Shown here in pieces: positions 32,401 to 41,973 of a stretch of 46,776 bases of DNA. The notes below the pieces were generated by a model. That model did no database searches. It was given only the letters and a program-made list of their open reading frames with translations, and was not told where the DNA came from. The translations under genes were made by a program, and so were the position numbers. Origin of the DNA: an uncultured Haemophilus sp. (lineage in GTDB: Bacteria; Pseudomonadota; Gammaproteobacteria; Enterobacterales; Pasteurellaceae); the NCBI GenBank assembly GCA_963548985.1, contig CAUUXN010000001.1:1-46776 (forward strand), in the 5' to 3' direction. Every line of letters starts with the position of its first letter. Positions within the stretch are counted from its first letter, which is position 1.

Positions 32401-33929
32401 ATAGCAATAGATGCTTGTTCTGAAGCATTAGCATTATTACCTATTGCGATACCATAAATGCCACTAACATTTGCATTTGCTCCCGTAGCAACGCCTGCAT
32501 AAGCAGAAGAGGCAGTATGGCCAATGGCCACGCCTAACTCTTTAGCATCTGTATTAGAACCTAGTGCTGTCGAGTTAGTAACGGCTTTAGCATTTGTACC
32601 CACTGCTGTAGCATTACCACCATTAGCATGGGTCGCAAAACCAATCGCTGTAGAATTTGAAAAATTACTGGTTGCATTATTACCTAATGAAACGCCATTA
32701 ACTGCGCTTGATTTCGCATCTGGACCAATTGCAATAGAATTAACTGCCGTTGCACCATTATTATTTTTATTTCCCTCAACAGTAGAATTAACCGAGAAAT
32801 AACGAATTTTTTCAATTTCTGCCATCGCAGCATAAAGCTGAGAACCATTGATTGCATCAGTAGAGTTTGCAGAAATATCACCAGGTGATAAGTTAATAAG
32901 TTGACGTTCATAACCTTTTTTACCGATAGAAACAACGTCCCCTGCGATAGTATTTGCACCACCAGCCCAAGTATAGGTTGTCCCTAAAATAGTACGAGTA
33001 GTATAGGCAACTCCTGCTTTATCCGTTGCGGAACCGCCACCAATCGCTACTGAGTTTGCAAACGATGCATTAGCCCCAGTACCAACAGCGACAGCATTCG
33101 TTTTTTGCGCTGCAGCCAATGAACCTAATGCTAATGAAAGATCCCCAGATTTTGTTTTTGTTCCTAATGATACAGCAGCCTCACCAGCAATCGTATTCAT
33201 CCAACGGGGACTTTGAAGCTCCCCTCCAGTTAAATCTCTAAATGCTTGTTGAACCGTTCCCGTTTTATCTTGGCCATTAGTATTGATATAAGTCGTTTGT
33301 GTAGCCGCTGCTGAATCAGTATCATCCCCACCAATCGCAACCGATGCATTACCATAAGAAATAACATTACCGCCAATCGCAATTGATTGATCGCCTCGAG
33401 CCCATGCACCCTCAGTAATAGAATTACCACCAAATGTAGCTGCTTTATCAGCTCTAATGCCAGCTCCAATAGCAATAGACTGGTTTACTCGTACAACAGA
33501 AGTGCTATCACCAACTTGAGCATTTTGACCGATGAGAATATTACGACTACCCGTTGTTCCACCATAATTTCCTGTGCCATCACCAATCAGCACACTATTG
33601 TCATAACGACCATTTACGCCATAACCAATAGCGGTAGTACTTCCACCGCTTGCTGATGTGGCACTGTTCCCAACCGCAATACTAAAAGGATGTACATTTG
33701 TAGGCGCATTGCTTCCATCCCCCACAATCACGTTCGCTTGCGCCGGCATCATCACTGCAGATAAAGAAAGTGCAAATGCTGAAAGTTTAAAAAGAGAAGA
33801 TAAACGTGTTTCGCTTGTTACACGTTGTTCGGAGTTTGAAGAAGCTTTTACGGCTCCTTTCGCTAATTCTGATGTCACGACGAAAGATTGTGTCGTTTTG
33901 TTCCAAATAATCTTAAATACTTTGTTCAT
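29469..33929 (-). CDS. Trimeric autotransporter adhesin (YadA/Hia/EmaA-like), 1486 aa
   Basis: ESPR signal 'MNKVFKIIWNKTTQSFVVTSELAK', YadA head repeats (xIAIG), neck motifs DAINGSQL/DAVNVSQL, Trp-ring 'GWNL', C-terminal anchor ending 'VGAGYHW'. Confidence 0.93.
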   Translation of the reverse strand: MNKVFKIIWNKTTQSFVVTSELAKGAVKASSNSEQRVTSETRLSSLFKLSAFALSLSAVMMPAQANVIVGDGSNAPTNVHPFSIAVGNSATSASGGSTTAIGYGVNGRYDNSVLIGDGTGNYGGTTGSRNILIGQNAQVGDSTSVVRVNQSIAIGAGIRADKAATFGGNSITEGAWARGDQSIAIGGNVISYGNASVAIGGDDTDSAAATQTTYINTNGQDKTGTVQQAFRDLTGGELQSPRWMNTIAGEAAVSLGTKTKSGDLSLALGSLAAAQKTNAVAVGTGANASFANSVAIGGGSATDKAGVAYTTRTILGTTYTWAGGANTIAGDVVSIGKKGYERQLINLSPGDISANSTDAINGSQLYAAMAEIEKIRYFSVNSTVEGNKNNNGATAVNSIAIGPDAKSSAVNGVSLGNNATSNFSNSTAIGFATHANGGNATAVGTNAKAVTNSTALGSNTDAKELGVAIGHTASSAYAGVATGANANVSGIYGIAIGNNANASEQASIAIGKGAAGSAADGVAIGSSANATVQNSVALGKDSVAGGNVFGGTAHEAAFKNDNGVSENKQFKAGLANNSLGAVSVGKEGFERQIQNVGAGRVTANSTDAINGSQLYAVLTYSGFNVQQNGTDKSRINNNGFVNFKDGNLTTVNVTDADNGTIVKFDVNTTTIKTDGNGNATAENRNNLATAGDVTDAINKVRNMPLTFAGDTGTNVTRKLGETVKLVGGETDESKLSNGNIGVVADGADKLEIKLAKDIKVDSVKAGDTTINTDGLKIAGGPSVTKSGIDAAGNKISNVAAGTEDTDAVNVSQLKDVEKVANKGWNLTANGQNGSNVAPGETVDLNNTDDNIQITKKATDDNVTFNLAKNIKVDSVTAGDTKIDSNGLKAGDVSVTKAPITVNGSIVNNVNDAINQTAEQAFKALTFGGDNAAKNFERRLGDQIFVKGGATGTLSDKNIGVESDGNGTLNVKLAKDLKGLDSADIGGVMINNKGIDMGDKKITGLKAGEDDTDAVNVSQLKKVEEVANKGWNLTANGADSSNVKPGDTVDLNNTDGNINITKKGNDVTFNLAKDIKVDSVTAGDTVMNNDGVKVGDNVALNKDGLKAGDVSVTTDGINAGDKKVTNVQDGDVTSTSKDAVNGSQLYAVKELAGKGWNATATKKEGSTGEVSGTKVANVAPGATVNYIAGDNIKLEQNGINFTISTTKDLKAENVTAKTVNTTTINLGEGDNSTPITVVSGKDAAPNLDGKTPNRMNFGGETIATLSDGLKFGANVGDVYGAKLNSQINVKGADSNTNWSEFDGGDNVMTNIDKSGNVRVGIKKNLKVESVTANKFTAGDTVIDSNGVTIKNGPSMTKNGIDAGNKQITNVAPGRIAADSTDAVNGSQLHEVKADMNNKINHLNGQVNKLGKRVNAGTASALAASQLPQAYIPGKSMVSVAAGNYQGQNAVALGMSRISDNGKIIIRLAGTSDTQGKVGVAVGAGYHW

Positions 33930-34246
33930 AAAAAGGTTCTCCCAAACAAATAGGTCAAGTTTCTAACACGCTCAAATAATACAAACTAAGCGAATAAATC
34001 ATTAAGTTTCGGGAGTATAACTGACCCAAATATAAGATCAAGGAAATGTTTGCTTTTTACACTGTTTTTTACAAAAAATTTACATTTTAACGTTTGCGTA
34101 AAAATGAGTATTAGAAAAAGCCATCTAGAGTGGCTAATCACAAGGTTTCAACCTCTCTCAAACAAGTAAGAAACACGATAAAAATTGACCGCACTTTTTC
34201 CTCTTTCAAGGTATTCTCCTCTTACCACTTTACCCATACCCAAACA

Positions 34247-34262
34247 TACCCCTTTATGAGTA
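34247..34262. promoter_or_regulatory. NarP/NarL 7-2-7 site upstream of nrfA
   Basis: TACCCCT-tt-ATGAGTA matches the TACYNMT inverted pair; extra heptamers TACCACT and TACCCAT lie just upstream. Confidence 0.7.
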
Positions 34263-34277
34263 TTTTGATTTTAAAGT

Positions 34278-34291
34278 TTGATCAACCTCAA
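34278..34291. promoter_or_regulatory. FNR site upstream of nrfA
   Basis: TTGAT-caac-CTCAA vs consensus TTGAT-N4-ATCAA. Confidence 0.75.
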
Positions 34292-34438
34292 AGTTTTGAA
34301 AAAAAACCTTAGGAAAACTACTGCTTTTTGGTATCTTATGCTTGCGTTGAGCTATTTTTATGAGTGAATTCAAAAGCTTAATAGGAATTGTTCGCATTTA
34401 AAATTGTTTTTTTATTCTTTCCTAATGGAGTGATTATC

Positions 34439-35962
34439 GTGAACGCATTGAGAAAAAGCCTTATTCTGGCGACTTCTTTCGCAGCTTTAGGTGTATACAA
34501 CTCAGCGATGGCTGAAATGGTATATAAGCCTGTTGACCAACCTGTGGAAGCACCAAACCCTAATTTAAAAATCGAAGCAGTGAATGAAAAATTTGCTGAG
34601 AAATATCCTAGCCAATTCAATTCGTGGAAAGCGACTGAAAAAGGTGACAAAATTATCTACGCCGACGAACAAGATCCTCGTTTAATCGTGTTATGGGGCG
34701 GCTATTCTTTTGCAAAAGAATATAACGCACCTCGTGGTCACGTTTATGCAGTAGAAGATGTACGTAATATTTTACGTACTGGTGCGCCCAAAAATGCAAA
34801 TGATGGCCCACAACCAATGGCATGTTGGACTTGTAAAGGTCCAGACGTTCCTCGTTTAATTGCAGAATGGGGTGAAGATGGTTACTTTGGTGCCAAATGG
34901 GCTAAAGGTGGACCAGAAATTGTCAACTCGATCGGTTGTGCTGACTGTCACGATACGACCTCTAAAGACTTTGCTGAAGGCAAACCTGCATTACGTATTG
35001 CTCGTCCACACGTTCTTCGTGCATTAGATCACTTAAATAATGCACTTCAAGCAAAAGCAAAAGCTGAAGGTAAAGAACAAGCTAACTTAAGCTTTAACAC
35101 AGCTGCTCGCACTGAAAAACGTGCTGAAATCTGTGCAAACTGTCACGTTGAATACTACTTCGCGGGCGACTTAAAACAAGTCACCTTCCCGTGGAACAAT
35201 GGTCAAACTGTTGATGACATCGAAAAATACTACGATGATATCGGCTTCAGTGACTGGACTCACTCTCTTTCTAAAGCACCAATGTTAAAAGCTCAACACC
35301 CTGACTTTGAAATTTGGTCTTTAGGTATGCACGGTAAAAACGGCGTAACTTGTATCGACTGTCACATGCCTAAAGTACAAGGTAAAGACGGTAAAGTTTA
35401 CACCGACCACCAAATCCAAAACCCATTCGATGCATTTGATACCACATGTGCAAACTGTCACGATCAAAGTAAAGAAAAACTTAAAGATATCGTTGCTTCA
35501 CGTAAAAAAGAAGTGAAAGATGTAATGGGTCGTTTAGAAGATCAAGTTGTTCGTGCTCACTTTGAAGCGAAAGCGGCATGGGATGCAGGTGCAACTAAAG
35601 AAGAAATGGAACCTGCTTTAATGGATATCCGTCACGCTCAATGGCGTTGGGACTACGCAGCAGCAAGCCACGGTGGTCACATGCACGCACCTGATGTAAT
35701 GCTTCGCGTATTAGGTTCTGGTATCGACAAAGCTGCGGATGCACGTGCTAAACTTGCAGCAATCTTAACTAAACATGGCGTGAAAACTCCGGTTGAAGTA
35801 CCAGATATTTCTACAGCTGATAAAGCATGGAAAGTAATGGGTATTGATATCGAGAAAGAACGTAAAGCGAAAAAAGAATTCTTAGAAACTGTTGTACCTC
35901 AATGGGTAAAAGAAGCGAAAGCCAATGGCAAATTAGCTGAAGATACCGCAACAAAACAATAA
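34439..35962 (+). CDS. nrfA: Cytochrome c552 nitrite reductase
   Basis: Active-site CxxCK (CWTCK) plus four CxxCH; GTG start after GGAG; signal peptide. Confidence 0.96.
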   Translation: MNALRKSLILATSFAALGVYNSAMAEMVYKPVDQPVEAPNPNLKIEAVNEKFAEKYPSQFNSWKATEKGDKIIYADEQDPRLIVLWGGYSFAKEYNAPRGHVYAVEDVRNILRTGAPKNANDGPQPMACWTCKGPDVPRLIAEWGEDGYFGAKWAKGGPEIVNSIGCADCHDTTSKDFAEGKPALRIARPHVLRALDHLNNALQAKAKAEGKEQANLSFNTAARTEKRAEICANCHVEYYFAGDLKQVTFPWNNGQTVDDIEKYYDDIGFSDWTHSLSKAPMLKAQHPDFEIWSLGMHGKNGVTCIDCHMPKVQGKDGKVYTDHQIQNPFDAFDTTCANCHDQSKEKLKDIVASRKKEVKDVMGRLEDQVVRAHFEAKAAWDAGATKEEMEPALMDIRHAQWRWDYAAASHGGHMHAPDVMLRVLGSGIDKAADARAKLAAILTKHGVKTPVEVPDISTADKAWKVMGIDIEKERKAKKEFLETVVPQWVKEAKANGKLAEDTATKQ

Positions 35963-36034
35963 AAAAAGAACCGCACTTTGTAACTAAAGTGTCGAAGTGC
36001 GGTCATTTTTAACCATATATTTGAGGTAATCAGA

Positions 36035-36700
36035 ATGAATTTAACTTCTTTAATCAGCAAATCGGCAAAATCCCTTGCATTGCTTGCAATGCTTGCGGCA
36101 ATGCCAATGACTGCAAGTGCGGAAGAGATGGCTAAAACACCTGCCTCTCAACTCACTTATGAGCCACAATTGGATAACCAACGTGATCCAAACCAATATT
36201 GTGCGAAATGTCACAAATTTGACCAAGTTGATAAAAACCAAACTTTAGATCAATCTGGTGGTGAATTACACTTTGGTAAATTCCACGGCGCACACTTAAA
36301 TCAAAAAAGCCCTAACACAGGTAAACCGATTAACTGTGTAAACTGTCACGGTAATATTTCGGAAGATCACCGTCGTGGTGCAAAAGATGTGATGCGTTTT
36401 GATGGCGATATCTTTGGTGATAAAAAACCAATGTATACCGCGCAAGAACAAAACCAAGTTTGTTTTGCTTGTCACCAACCGGCAAAACTTCGTGAAAAAC
36501 TTTGGGCACACGATGTTCACGCAATGAAATTGCCTTGTGCAAGCTGCCACACATTACACCCGAAAGATGATGCGATGAAAGGTATTCAACCGAAAAATCG
36601 TGTGAAACTTTGTGTAGATTGCCACGGCGAACAACAAAAACGCAAAGCGGCAAAAGACGCACAATCACAAACGCAATCAACCGAACAAAAGGATAAATAA
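36035..36700 (+). CDS. nrfB: Pentaheme cytochrome c NrfB
   Basis: Five CxxCH motifs and a signal peptide. Confidence 0.94.
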   Translation: MNLTSLISKSAKSLALLAMLAAMPMTASAEEMAKTPASQLTYEPQLDNQRDPNQYCAKCHKFDQVDKNQTLDQSGGELHFGKFHGAHLNQKSPNTGKPINCVNCHGNISEDHRRGAKDVMRFDGDIFGDKKPMYTAQEQNQVCFACHQPAKLREKLWAHDVHAMKLPCASCHTLHPKDDAMKGIQPKNRVKLCVDCHGEQQKRKAAKDAQSQTQSTEQKDK

Positions 36701-37377
36701 TGACAGCTTGTTCACGCCGAAACTTTGTTTCCGGCATGGGGGCATTAATCCTTATGACGGGGACATCAGTTACCTCTTTAGCGAAAGAGGAAAAGGCGGA
36801 TAAACCGAAACGCTATGCAATGGTACACGACGAAACAGCTTGTATCGGCTGTACCGCTTGTATGGATGCTTGTCGTGAAACAAACCACGTTCCTGAAGGC
36901 GTTTCACGTTTGGAAATTCTCCGTAGTGAACCTTACGGTGAATTCCCAAATCAAGAATACGAGTTTTTCCGTCAATCTTGCCAACACTGTACAAACGCCC
37001 CTTGCGTGGCAGTTTGTCCAACCGGTGCATCATTTATTGATCCTGAAACAGGTATCGTCGATGTGCATAAAGATCTTTGTGTAGGTTGCCAATACTGTGT
37101 TGCAGTTTGTCCTTACCGCGTACGTTTCATTCACCCAGTACACCGTACTGCGGATAAATGTAACTTCTGTCGCGATACAAACTTAGCAGCTGGCAAACAA
37201 CCTGCTTGTGTAGAAGCTTGTCCAACCAAAGCATTAACCTTTGGCGATATGAATGATCCAAGCAGTGCAGTTTCCCGCAAAGTGAAAGAAAATCCGGTTT
37301 ATCGCACTAAAGTGGAATTAGGTACTCAACCAAATCTTTACCATATTCCATTCCAACACGGGGAGCCAAGAAGATGA
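36700..37377 (+). CDS. nrfC: 4Fe-4S protein NrfC
   Basis: Tat motif 'SRRNFV'; four Cys clusters (CIGCTACMDAC etc.). Confidence 0.94.
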   Translation: MTACSRRNFVSGMGALILMTGTSVTSLAKEEKADKPKRYAMVHDETACIGCTACMDACRETNHVPEGVSRLEILRSEPYGEFPNQEYEFFRQSCQHCTNAPCVAVCPTGASFIDPETGIVDVHKDLCVGCQYCVAVCPYRVRFIHPVHRTADKCNFCRDTNLAAGKQPACVEACPTKALTFGDMNDPSSAVSRKVKENPVYRTKVELGTQPNLYHIPFQHGEPRR

Positions 37378-38339
37378 CATTAGATTATCCTGTTCCGTTT
37401 CACACACCTAATTTGGTGTGGGATTCAACAATCGCTATCTATTTGTTCTTACTTGGTATTTCTTCCGGTGCGGTACAATTAGCGATTGCTTATAAACGTA
37501 GTCACAAATTAGAAAATCCTAGCAAAAACTGGATTATCAGAGCAGCCGCCGTTTTAGGTTCTGTGCCAACATTAATTGGTTTAACCCTGTTAATTTTCCA
37601 CTTGGCACGTCCTTGGACATTCTGGAAATTGATGTTTAACTATCAATTTAACTCTGTAATGTCTATGGGGGTAATGTTATTCCAAGTTTATATGCTGTTC
37701 TTGGTATGTTGGTGTGCGGTTATCTTCAAAGAAGATATCATGGCGCTCATCCAACGTTTTATGCCAAAACTTGGCTTTGTCGGTAAAATTATCAATGTAT
37801 TAGAACGTTTAACTGGTCCTGTAGAGGTTATTCTCTTCATCTTAGCTGCTGTACTAGGGGCTTATACCGGTTTCTTACTTTCAGCATTGATTAGTTACCC
37901 AATGTTAAATAACCCTGTTCTACCAGCGTTATTCTTGGCTTCAGGTACCTCTTCAGGTATCGCTGCAACCTTCTTATTTATCCTCATTGCAGGTAAATTA
38001 AAAGGTGATAGCCATGAATCACACTTCATTCACAAATTTGAAGTGCCAATTATGGTGACTGAACTTGGTTTATTAATCTGTTTCTTTGTTGGTCTACACT
38101 TCGGTGGTGGTCAGAAAGTGGTTGCATTGCACAATGCACTTTCCGGCTTTTGGGGTGCAGTGTTCTGGATTGGGGTATTCTTAATTGGTATCTTAATTCC
38201 ACTATTTGCCAACCTTGCCGTAAAAGACAACTTAAAATACAACAAGAACTTTATTATCCTTGTGTCAATCTTCGACTTAATCGGGGTTCTCTGCTTACGT
38301 TACTTCATTTTGTATGCAGGACAACTTACCGTTGCGTAA
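37374..38339 (+). CDS. nrfD: Quinol-oxidising membrane subunit NrfD
   Basis: 'W...IAIYLFLLGISSG', 'HLARPWTFW', 'AYTGFLLS'. Confidence 0.93.
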   Translation: MTLDYPVPFHTPNLVWDSTIAIYLFLLGISSGAVQLAIAYKRSHKLENPSKNWIIRAAAVLGSVPTLIGLTLLIFHLARPWTFWKLMFNYQFNSVMSMGVMLFQVYMLFLVCWCAVIFKEDIMALIQRFMPKLGFVGKIINVLERLTGPVEVILFILAAVLGAYTGFLLSALISYPMLNNPVLPALFLASGTSSGIAATFLFILIAGKLKGDSHESHFIHKFEVPIMVTELGLLICFFVGLHFGGGQKVVALHNALSGFWGAVFWIGVFLIGILIPLFANLAVKDNLKYNKNFIILVSIFDLIGVLCLRYFILYAGQLTVA

Positions 38340-38360
38340 GGATAAACTTCTTATTTAATC

Positions 38361-38385
38361 AAAAGGCGTATACAATACGCCTTTT
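38361..38385 (+). terminator. Terminator after nrfD
   Basis: AAAAGGCGTAT-aca-ATACGCCTTTT. Confidence 0.75.
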
Positions 38386-38485
38386 GTTTATTTAAAAGAC
38401 TAAAGTGCGGTTAATTTTACGTATGTTTTCATGCTTAAAATTAACCTTATTTTGTCAAATACAACCATTAATACTGAAGAATACT

Positions 38486-40390
38486 ATGCTCCCCGAATTC
38501 GGATTTCTCTCATTACTCTTTGCCACCACCGCGGCGCTCTTACTTGCTATCGTGCCGCAAATTGGTATTTGGCGAAATAAACCCTCTCTCACCAACACAG
38601 CTTGGGGATTAAGTTATTGCTTCGGTATTTTTACGAGCGTTTCAATCGGTATTCTTGCCTACTCTTTTGCAACAGATGACTTCACATTGGAATACGTGGC
38701 AGCACATTCTAATTCCCAATTACCAACATTTTTCAAAGTCGCCGCCACATGGGGCGGACATGAAGGTTCCATTTTATTTTGGCTTTTCACATTAAGTCTT
38801 TGGTTGGTGGCTTTTGCCTTTTTCTCTCGCAAAAATGACCGCACTTTTTCTGCACAAACCCTGTCTTTACTTGGCTTAATTTGTCTTGGGTTTGCTATTT
38901 TTATTTTGTTCTACTCCAATCCATTTGGACGTGCGTTTCCTGCCCCTTCGGAAGGACGAGATCTCAATCCAATGCTGCAAGATATTGGTTTAATTTTCCA
39001 TCCACCACTTTTATATGTTGGTTATGTGGGCTTTGCTGTTAACTTTGCCATGTCCATTTCTGCCTTAATCTTTAATCGTTCTGCACAAGCAATCGCGCGA
39101 ACGATGCGAGCCTGGGTTCTCGTTTCTTGGTTATTCTTAACGTTAGGGATCGTGCTCGGTGCATGGTGGGCATATTACGAATTAGGCTGGGGCGGCTGGT
39201 GGTTCTGGGACCCAGTAGAAAATGCTTCACTTATGCCATGGTTATTGGGACTCGCACTTTTACACAGTTTGATGGTGACTGAAAAGCAAGGCATGTTTAG
39301 CTACTGGACAACACTCTTTTCCCTACTCGCTTTTGCATTCAGTGTATTAGGAACATTTATTGTCCGTTCAGGCGCATTAACATCAGTTCATGCGTTTGCC
39401 TTGGATAGTTCTCGCGGTTATGTGTTATTACTCATTTTCTTCCTACTAACCGTTGGTTCGCTGAGTTTATTTGCGCTACGCACAAATACCAATGAAAGTG
39501 CGGTCAAATTTCCGCTCATTTCTAAAACTGGGGCAATTTTAGGCTTAAATATCGTATTGACCGTGGCCACCGTCAGTACCTTCTTAGGCACTTTCTATCC
39601 AATGCTATTCCAATCCATGAATTGGGGCAGTATTTCCGTGGGGGCACCTTACTTTAATAGTATTTTCTTGCCATTGCTCACGTTAGTGCTTTTTGCCATG
39701 GCAGGCACTCTTTGCTTAGGCTGGTTTAAAGCCGATAAGAAACACTTTTTCAAACGCTTGTTATTACTTATTCCCGCTGCAGTGATTGCTTATGGCATAA
39801 TTTGGAATGCGCTGCAAAATGACAGTGCGTTACGTTTCCATTTCTTCGCTTATGTGTTGCTCACCCTCGCTATTTGGGTATTATTCGTCACCTTATGGCA
39901 AAATTGGGCAAAATTCAGACTTACCTATTTCGGGATGATTCTCGCACACTGTGGCGTGGCTATTGCTACAATGGGTGCCGTGATGAGTAGTTACTTTGGC
40001 AGTGAATTAGGTGTTAGACTTGCACCACAACAAAGCCAGCAATTAGGTCAATTTGAATTCCATTATGATCGTTTTTCCAATGAAATTGGACCTAACTTTA
40101 CCGCCGAAGTCGCGTTCTTTAGTGTGTCAAAACAGGGCAAACCGTATGCCGACATTGTACCGGAACGCCGTTATTATGATGTTCGCACCATGACCATGAG
40201 TGAAGTGGGCTTAGATGCAGGCTTTTGGGGCGATTTATATATTGTTATGGGTGATAACTTAGGTAAAGGTGAATTCACATTCCGCTTACATTACAAACCG
40301 CTTATTCGCTGGTTATGGCTCGGAGGCATTTTAATGGCACTTGGCGCATTATGTTCAGCCATCAATTTGAAGAGAAAACGTGATGAATAA
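38486..40390 (+). CDS. nrfE: Heme lyase NrfE (CcmF paralog)
   Basis: 'MLPEFG', 'WGGHEGS', 'HPPLLY', WWD motif '[12 protein letters not shown]', 'SVHAF'; start moved to 38486. Confidence 0.9.
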   Translation: MLPEFGFLSLLFATTAALLLAIVPQIGIWRNKPSLTNTAWGLSYCFGIFTSVSIGILAYSFATDDFTLEYVAAHSNSQLPTFFKVAATWGGHEGSILFWLFTLSLWLVAFAFFSRKNDRTFSAQTLSLLGLICLGFAIFILFYSNPFGRAFPAPSEGRDLNPMLQDIGLIFHPPLLYVGYVGFAVNFAMSISALIFNRSAQAIARTMRAWVLVSWLFLTLGIVLGAWWAYYELGWGGWWFWDPVENASLMPWLLGLALLHSLMVTEKQGMFSYWTTLFSLLAFAFSVLGTFIVRSGALTSVHAFALDSSRGYVLLLIFFLLTVGSLSLFALRTNTNESAVKFPLISKTGAILGLNIVLTVATVSTFLGTFYPMLFQSMNWGSISVGAPYFNSIFLPLLTLVLFAMAGTLCLGWFKADKKHFFKRLLLLIPAAVIAYGIIWNALQNDSALRFHFFAYVLLTLAIWVLFVTLWQNWAKFRLTYFGMILAHCGVAIATMGAVMSSYFGSELGVRLAPQQSQQLGQFEFHYDRFSNEIGPNFTAEVAFFSVSKQGKPYADIVPERRYYDVRTMTMSEVGLDAGFWGDLYIVMGDNLGKGEFTFRLHYKPLIRWLWLGGILMALGALCSAINLKRKRDE

Positions 40391-40913
40391 AAAGTTTATT
40401 TTGTTTTTACCACTGATTTTGTTATTGAGCGTTTGCTTACTACTTTTTGTTGGCTTACACAAAGATCCAAAACAAATTGCCTCTGCACTCATTAATAAGC
40501 CCGTGCCGGAATTCTATCAAGCGAATTTGCTTGAACCGAGTCAAATTGTCAGCCCAAGAGATTTCCCCAAAAAACCTTTCCTACTTAATGTGTGGGGAAG
40601 TTGGTGTGGCTATTGCCAACAGGAACACCCTCTTTTGATGGAAATTTCAAAAGAAGTGCCCATTGTGGGAATCGACTATCGTGACAAACCTCAGAGCGGC
40701 ATTGCGATGCTCGAACGTATGGGCAATCCATTTATACTCACGATTGACGATAGCCGTGGTGAATTTGCGATGCAATTAGGCGTAGATGGTGCGCCTGAGA
40801 CCTATGTTGTCGATGAACACGGCATGATTCGTTATCGTCATTCTGGCTATATGGATAGAGAAACATGGCTCACTGAGATCAAACCAAAACTTGATGAATT
40901 AACTAAAAAGTAA
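40383..40913 (+). CDS. dsbE: DsbE/CcmG-family thiol:disulfide oxidoreductase (NrfX)
   Basis: 'WGSWCGYC', 'GVDGAPETY'. Confidence 0.85.
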   Translation: MNKKFILFLPLILLLSVCLLLFVGLHKDPKQIASALINKPVPEFYQANLLEPSQIVSPRDFPKKPFLLNVWGSWCGYCQQEHPLLMEISKEVPIVGIDYRDKPQSGIAMLERMGNPFILTIDDSRGEFAMQLGVDGAPETYVVDEHGMIRYRHSGYMDRETWLTEIKPKLDELTKK

Positions 40914-40914
40914 A

Positions 40915-41970
40915 ATGAAAAAATTAACCCGATTTCTGACCGCACTTTTACTGACTTTCGCCCTTTTTGCTCACGCAGAAATGGTGGATACCTATGCGTT
41001 TAAAAACCAAGCCGATCGTACTCGCGCTGTTGAACTGGCAAAATCCTTACGCTGCCCACAATGTCAGAATCAAAACTTAGTTGAGTCCAATTCACCGATT
41101 GCTTATGACTTACGTATTGAAGTCTATAAAATGGTGGATGAAGGAAAATCGAATCAGCAAATTATCGACACGATGACTGCTCGTTTCGGTAATTTCGTGA
41201 ACTATAAGCCACCTTTCCAATGGAATACGGCACTACTCTGGCTATTACCTATTTTGTTATTAATTGGGGCTTTTGCTTTAATTTTATTTTCGACTAAAAA
41301 ATCAGAAGGCGAGCCAAAACAACTCGAGAATCAACTTCATACTGCCCCTAAAGAAGAAAAAAGTGCGGTCAAATTTGAAACCAAATCCGCCATTTGGGTC
41401 TTTGCAATCTTATTGATTCTTCCTTTAAGTTATTACTTCTCCCTTGATCGTTTTGAGCGTGTTCAACAAGGCGAAAAAGAGATGGTTGAGCTCGCCAATA
41501 AAAAAACAGATACATCAATGGTGCATCAAAAAGAAGATATGGTGCTCAAAATTCAAAATAAAATCCGAGAAGATGTAAATAATCCTGAGCTTTGGGCTCA
41601 GCTAGGTGATGCCTACATGCAAAATGATGAATTTGATCATGCGCTCATCGCCTATAGCAATGCAGAAAAAATTTCAGGCACAACACCCGCTATTTTAGGC
41701 CTAAAAGCGACCGCACTTTATTATCAAGCTGGTCAAAACATCACACCACAAATTCAGCAAATAATGGATGAGGCGCTAAAACAAGATAAACATGAAATAT
41801 CGGTAATCACATTATTGGCGACCGAAGCCTTTAAAAATCACGAAGCCGAAAAAGCCAAAGCTTATTGGCAGCAATTATTAGATTCTGGTAATGCTGCCGT
41901 AGATCGCCGTACTGTCATCCAACGAATCAAAATGATAGACTATTTTGAAAAAGGACAAACCTCACAATAA
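40915..41970 (+). CDS. nrfF: NrfF-NrfG (CcmH-like) fusion
   Basis: N-terminal 'LRCPQCQNQ', C-terminal TPR-like 'WAQLGDAYMQNDEFDHALIAY'. Confidence 0.85.
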   Translation: MKKLTRFLTALLLTFALFAHAEMVDTYAFKNQADRTRAVELAKSLRCPQCQNQNLVESNSPIAYDLRIEVYKMVDEGKSNQQIIDTMTARFGNFVNYKPPFQWNTALLWLLPILLLIGAFALILFSTKKSEGEPKQLENQLHTAPKEEKSAVKFETKSAIWVFAILLILPLSYYFSLDRFERVQQGEKEMVELANKKTDTSMVHQKEDMVLKIQNKIREDVNNPELWAQLGDAYMQNDEFDHALIAYSNAEKISGTTPAILGLKATALYYQAGQNITPQIQQIMDEALKQDKHEISVITLLATEAFKNHEAEKAKAYWQQLLDSGNAAVDRRTVIQRIKMIDYFEKGQTSQ

Positions 41971-41973
41971 GCT

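Noticed and set aside
29734..33966. Several long plus-strand ORFs (up to 231 aa) overlapping the adhesin
   Set aside because: Antisense shadows caused by the biased codon use of the repetitive adhesin
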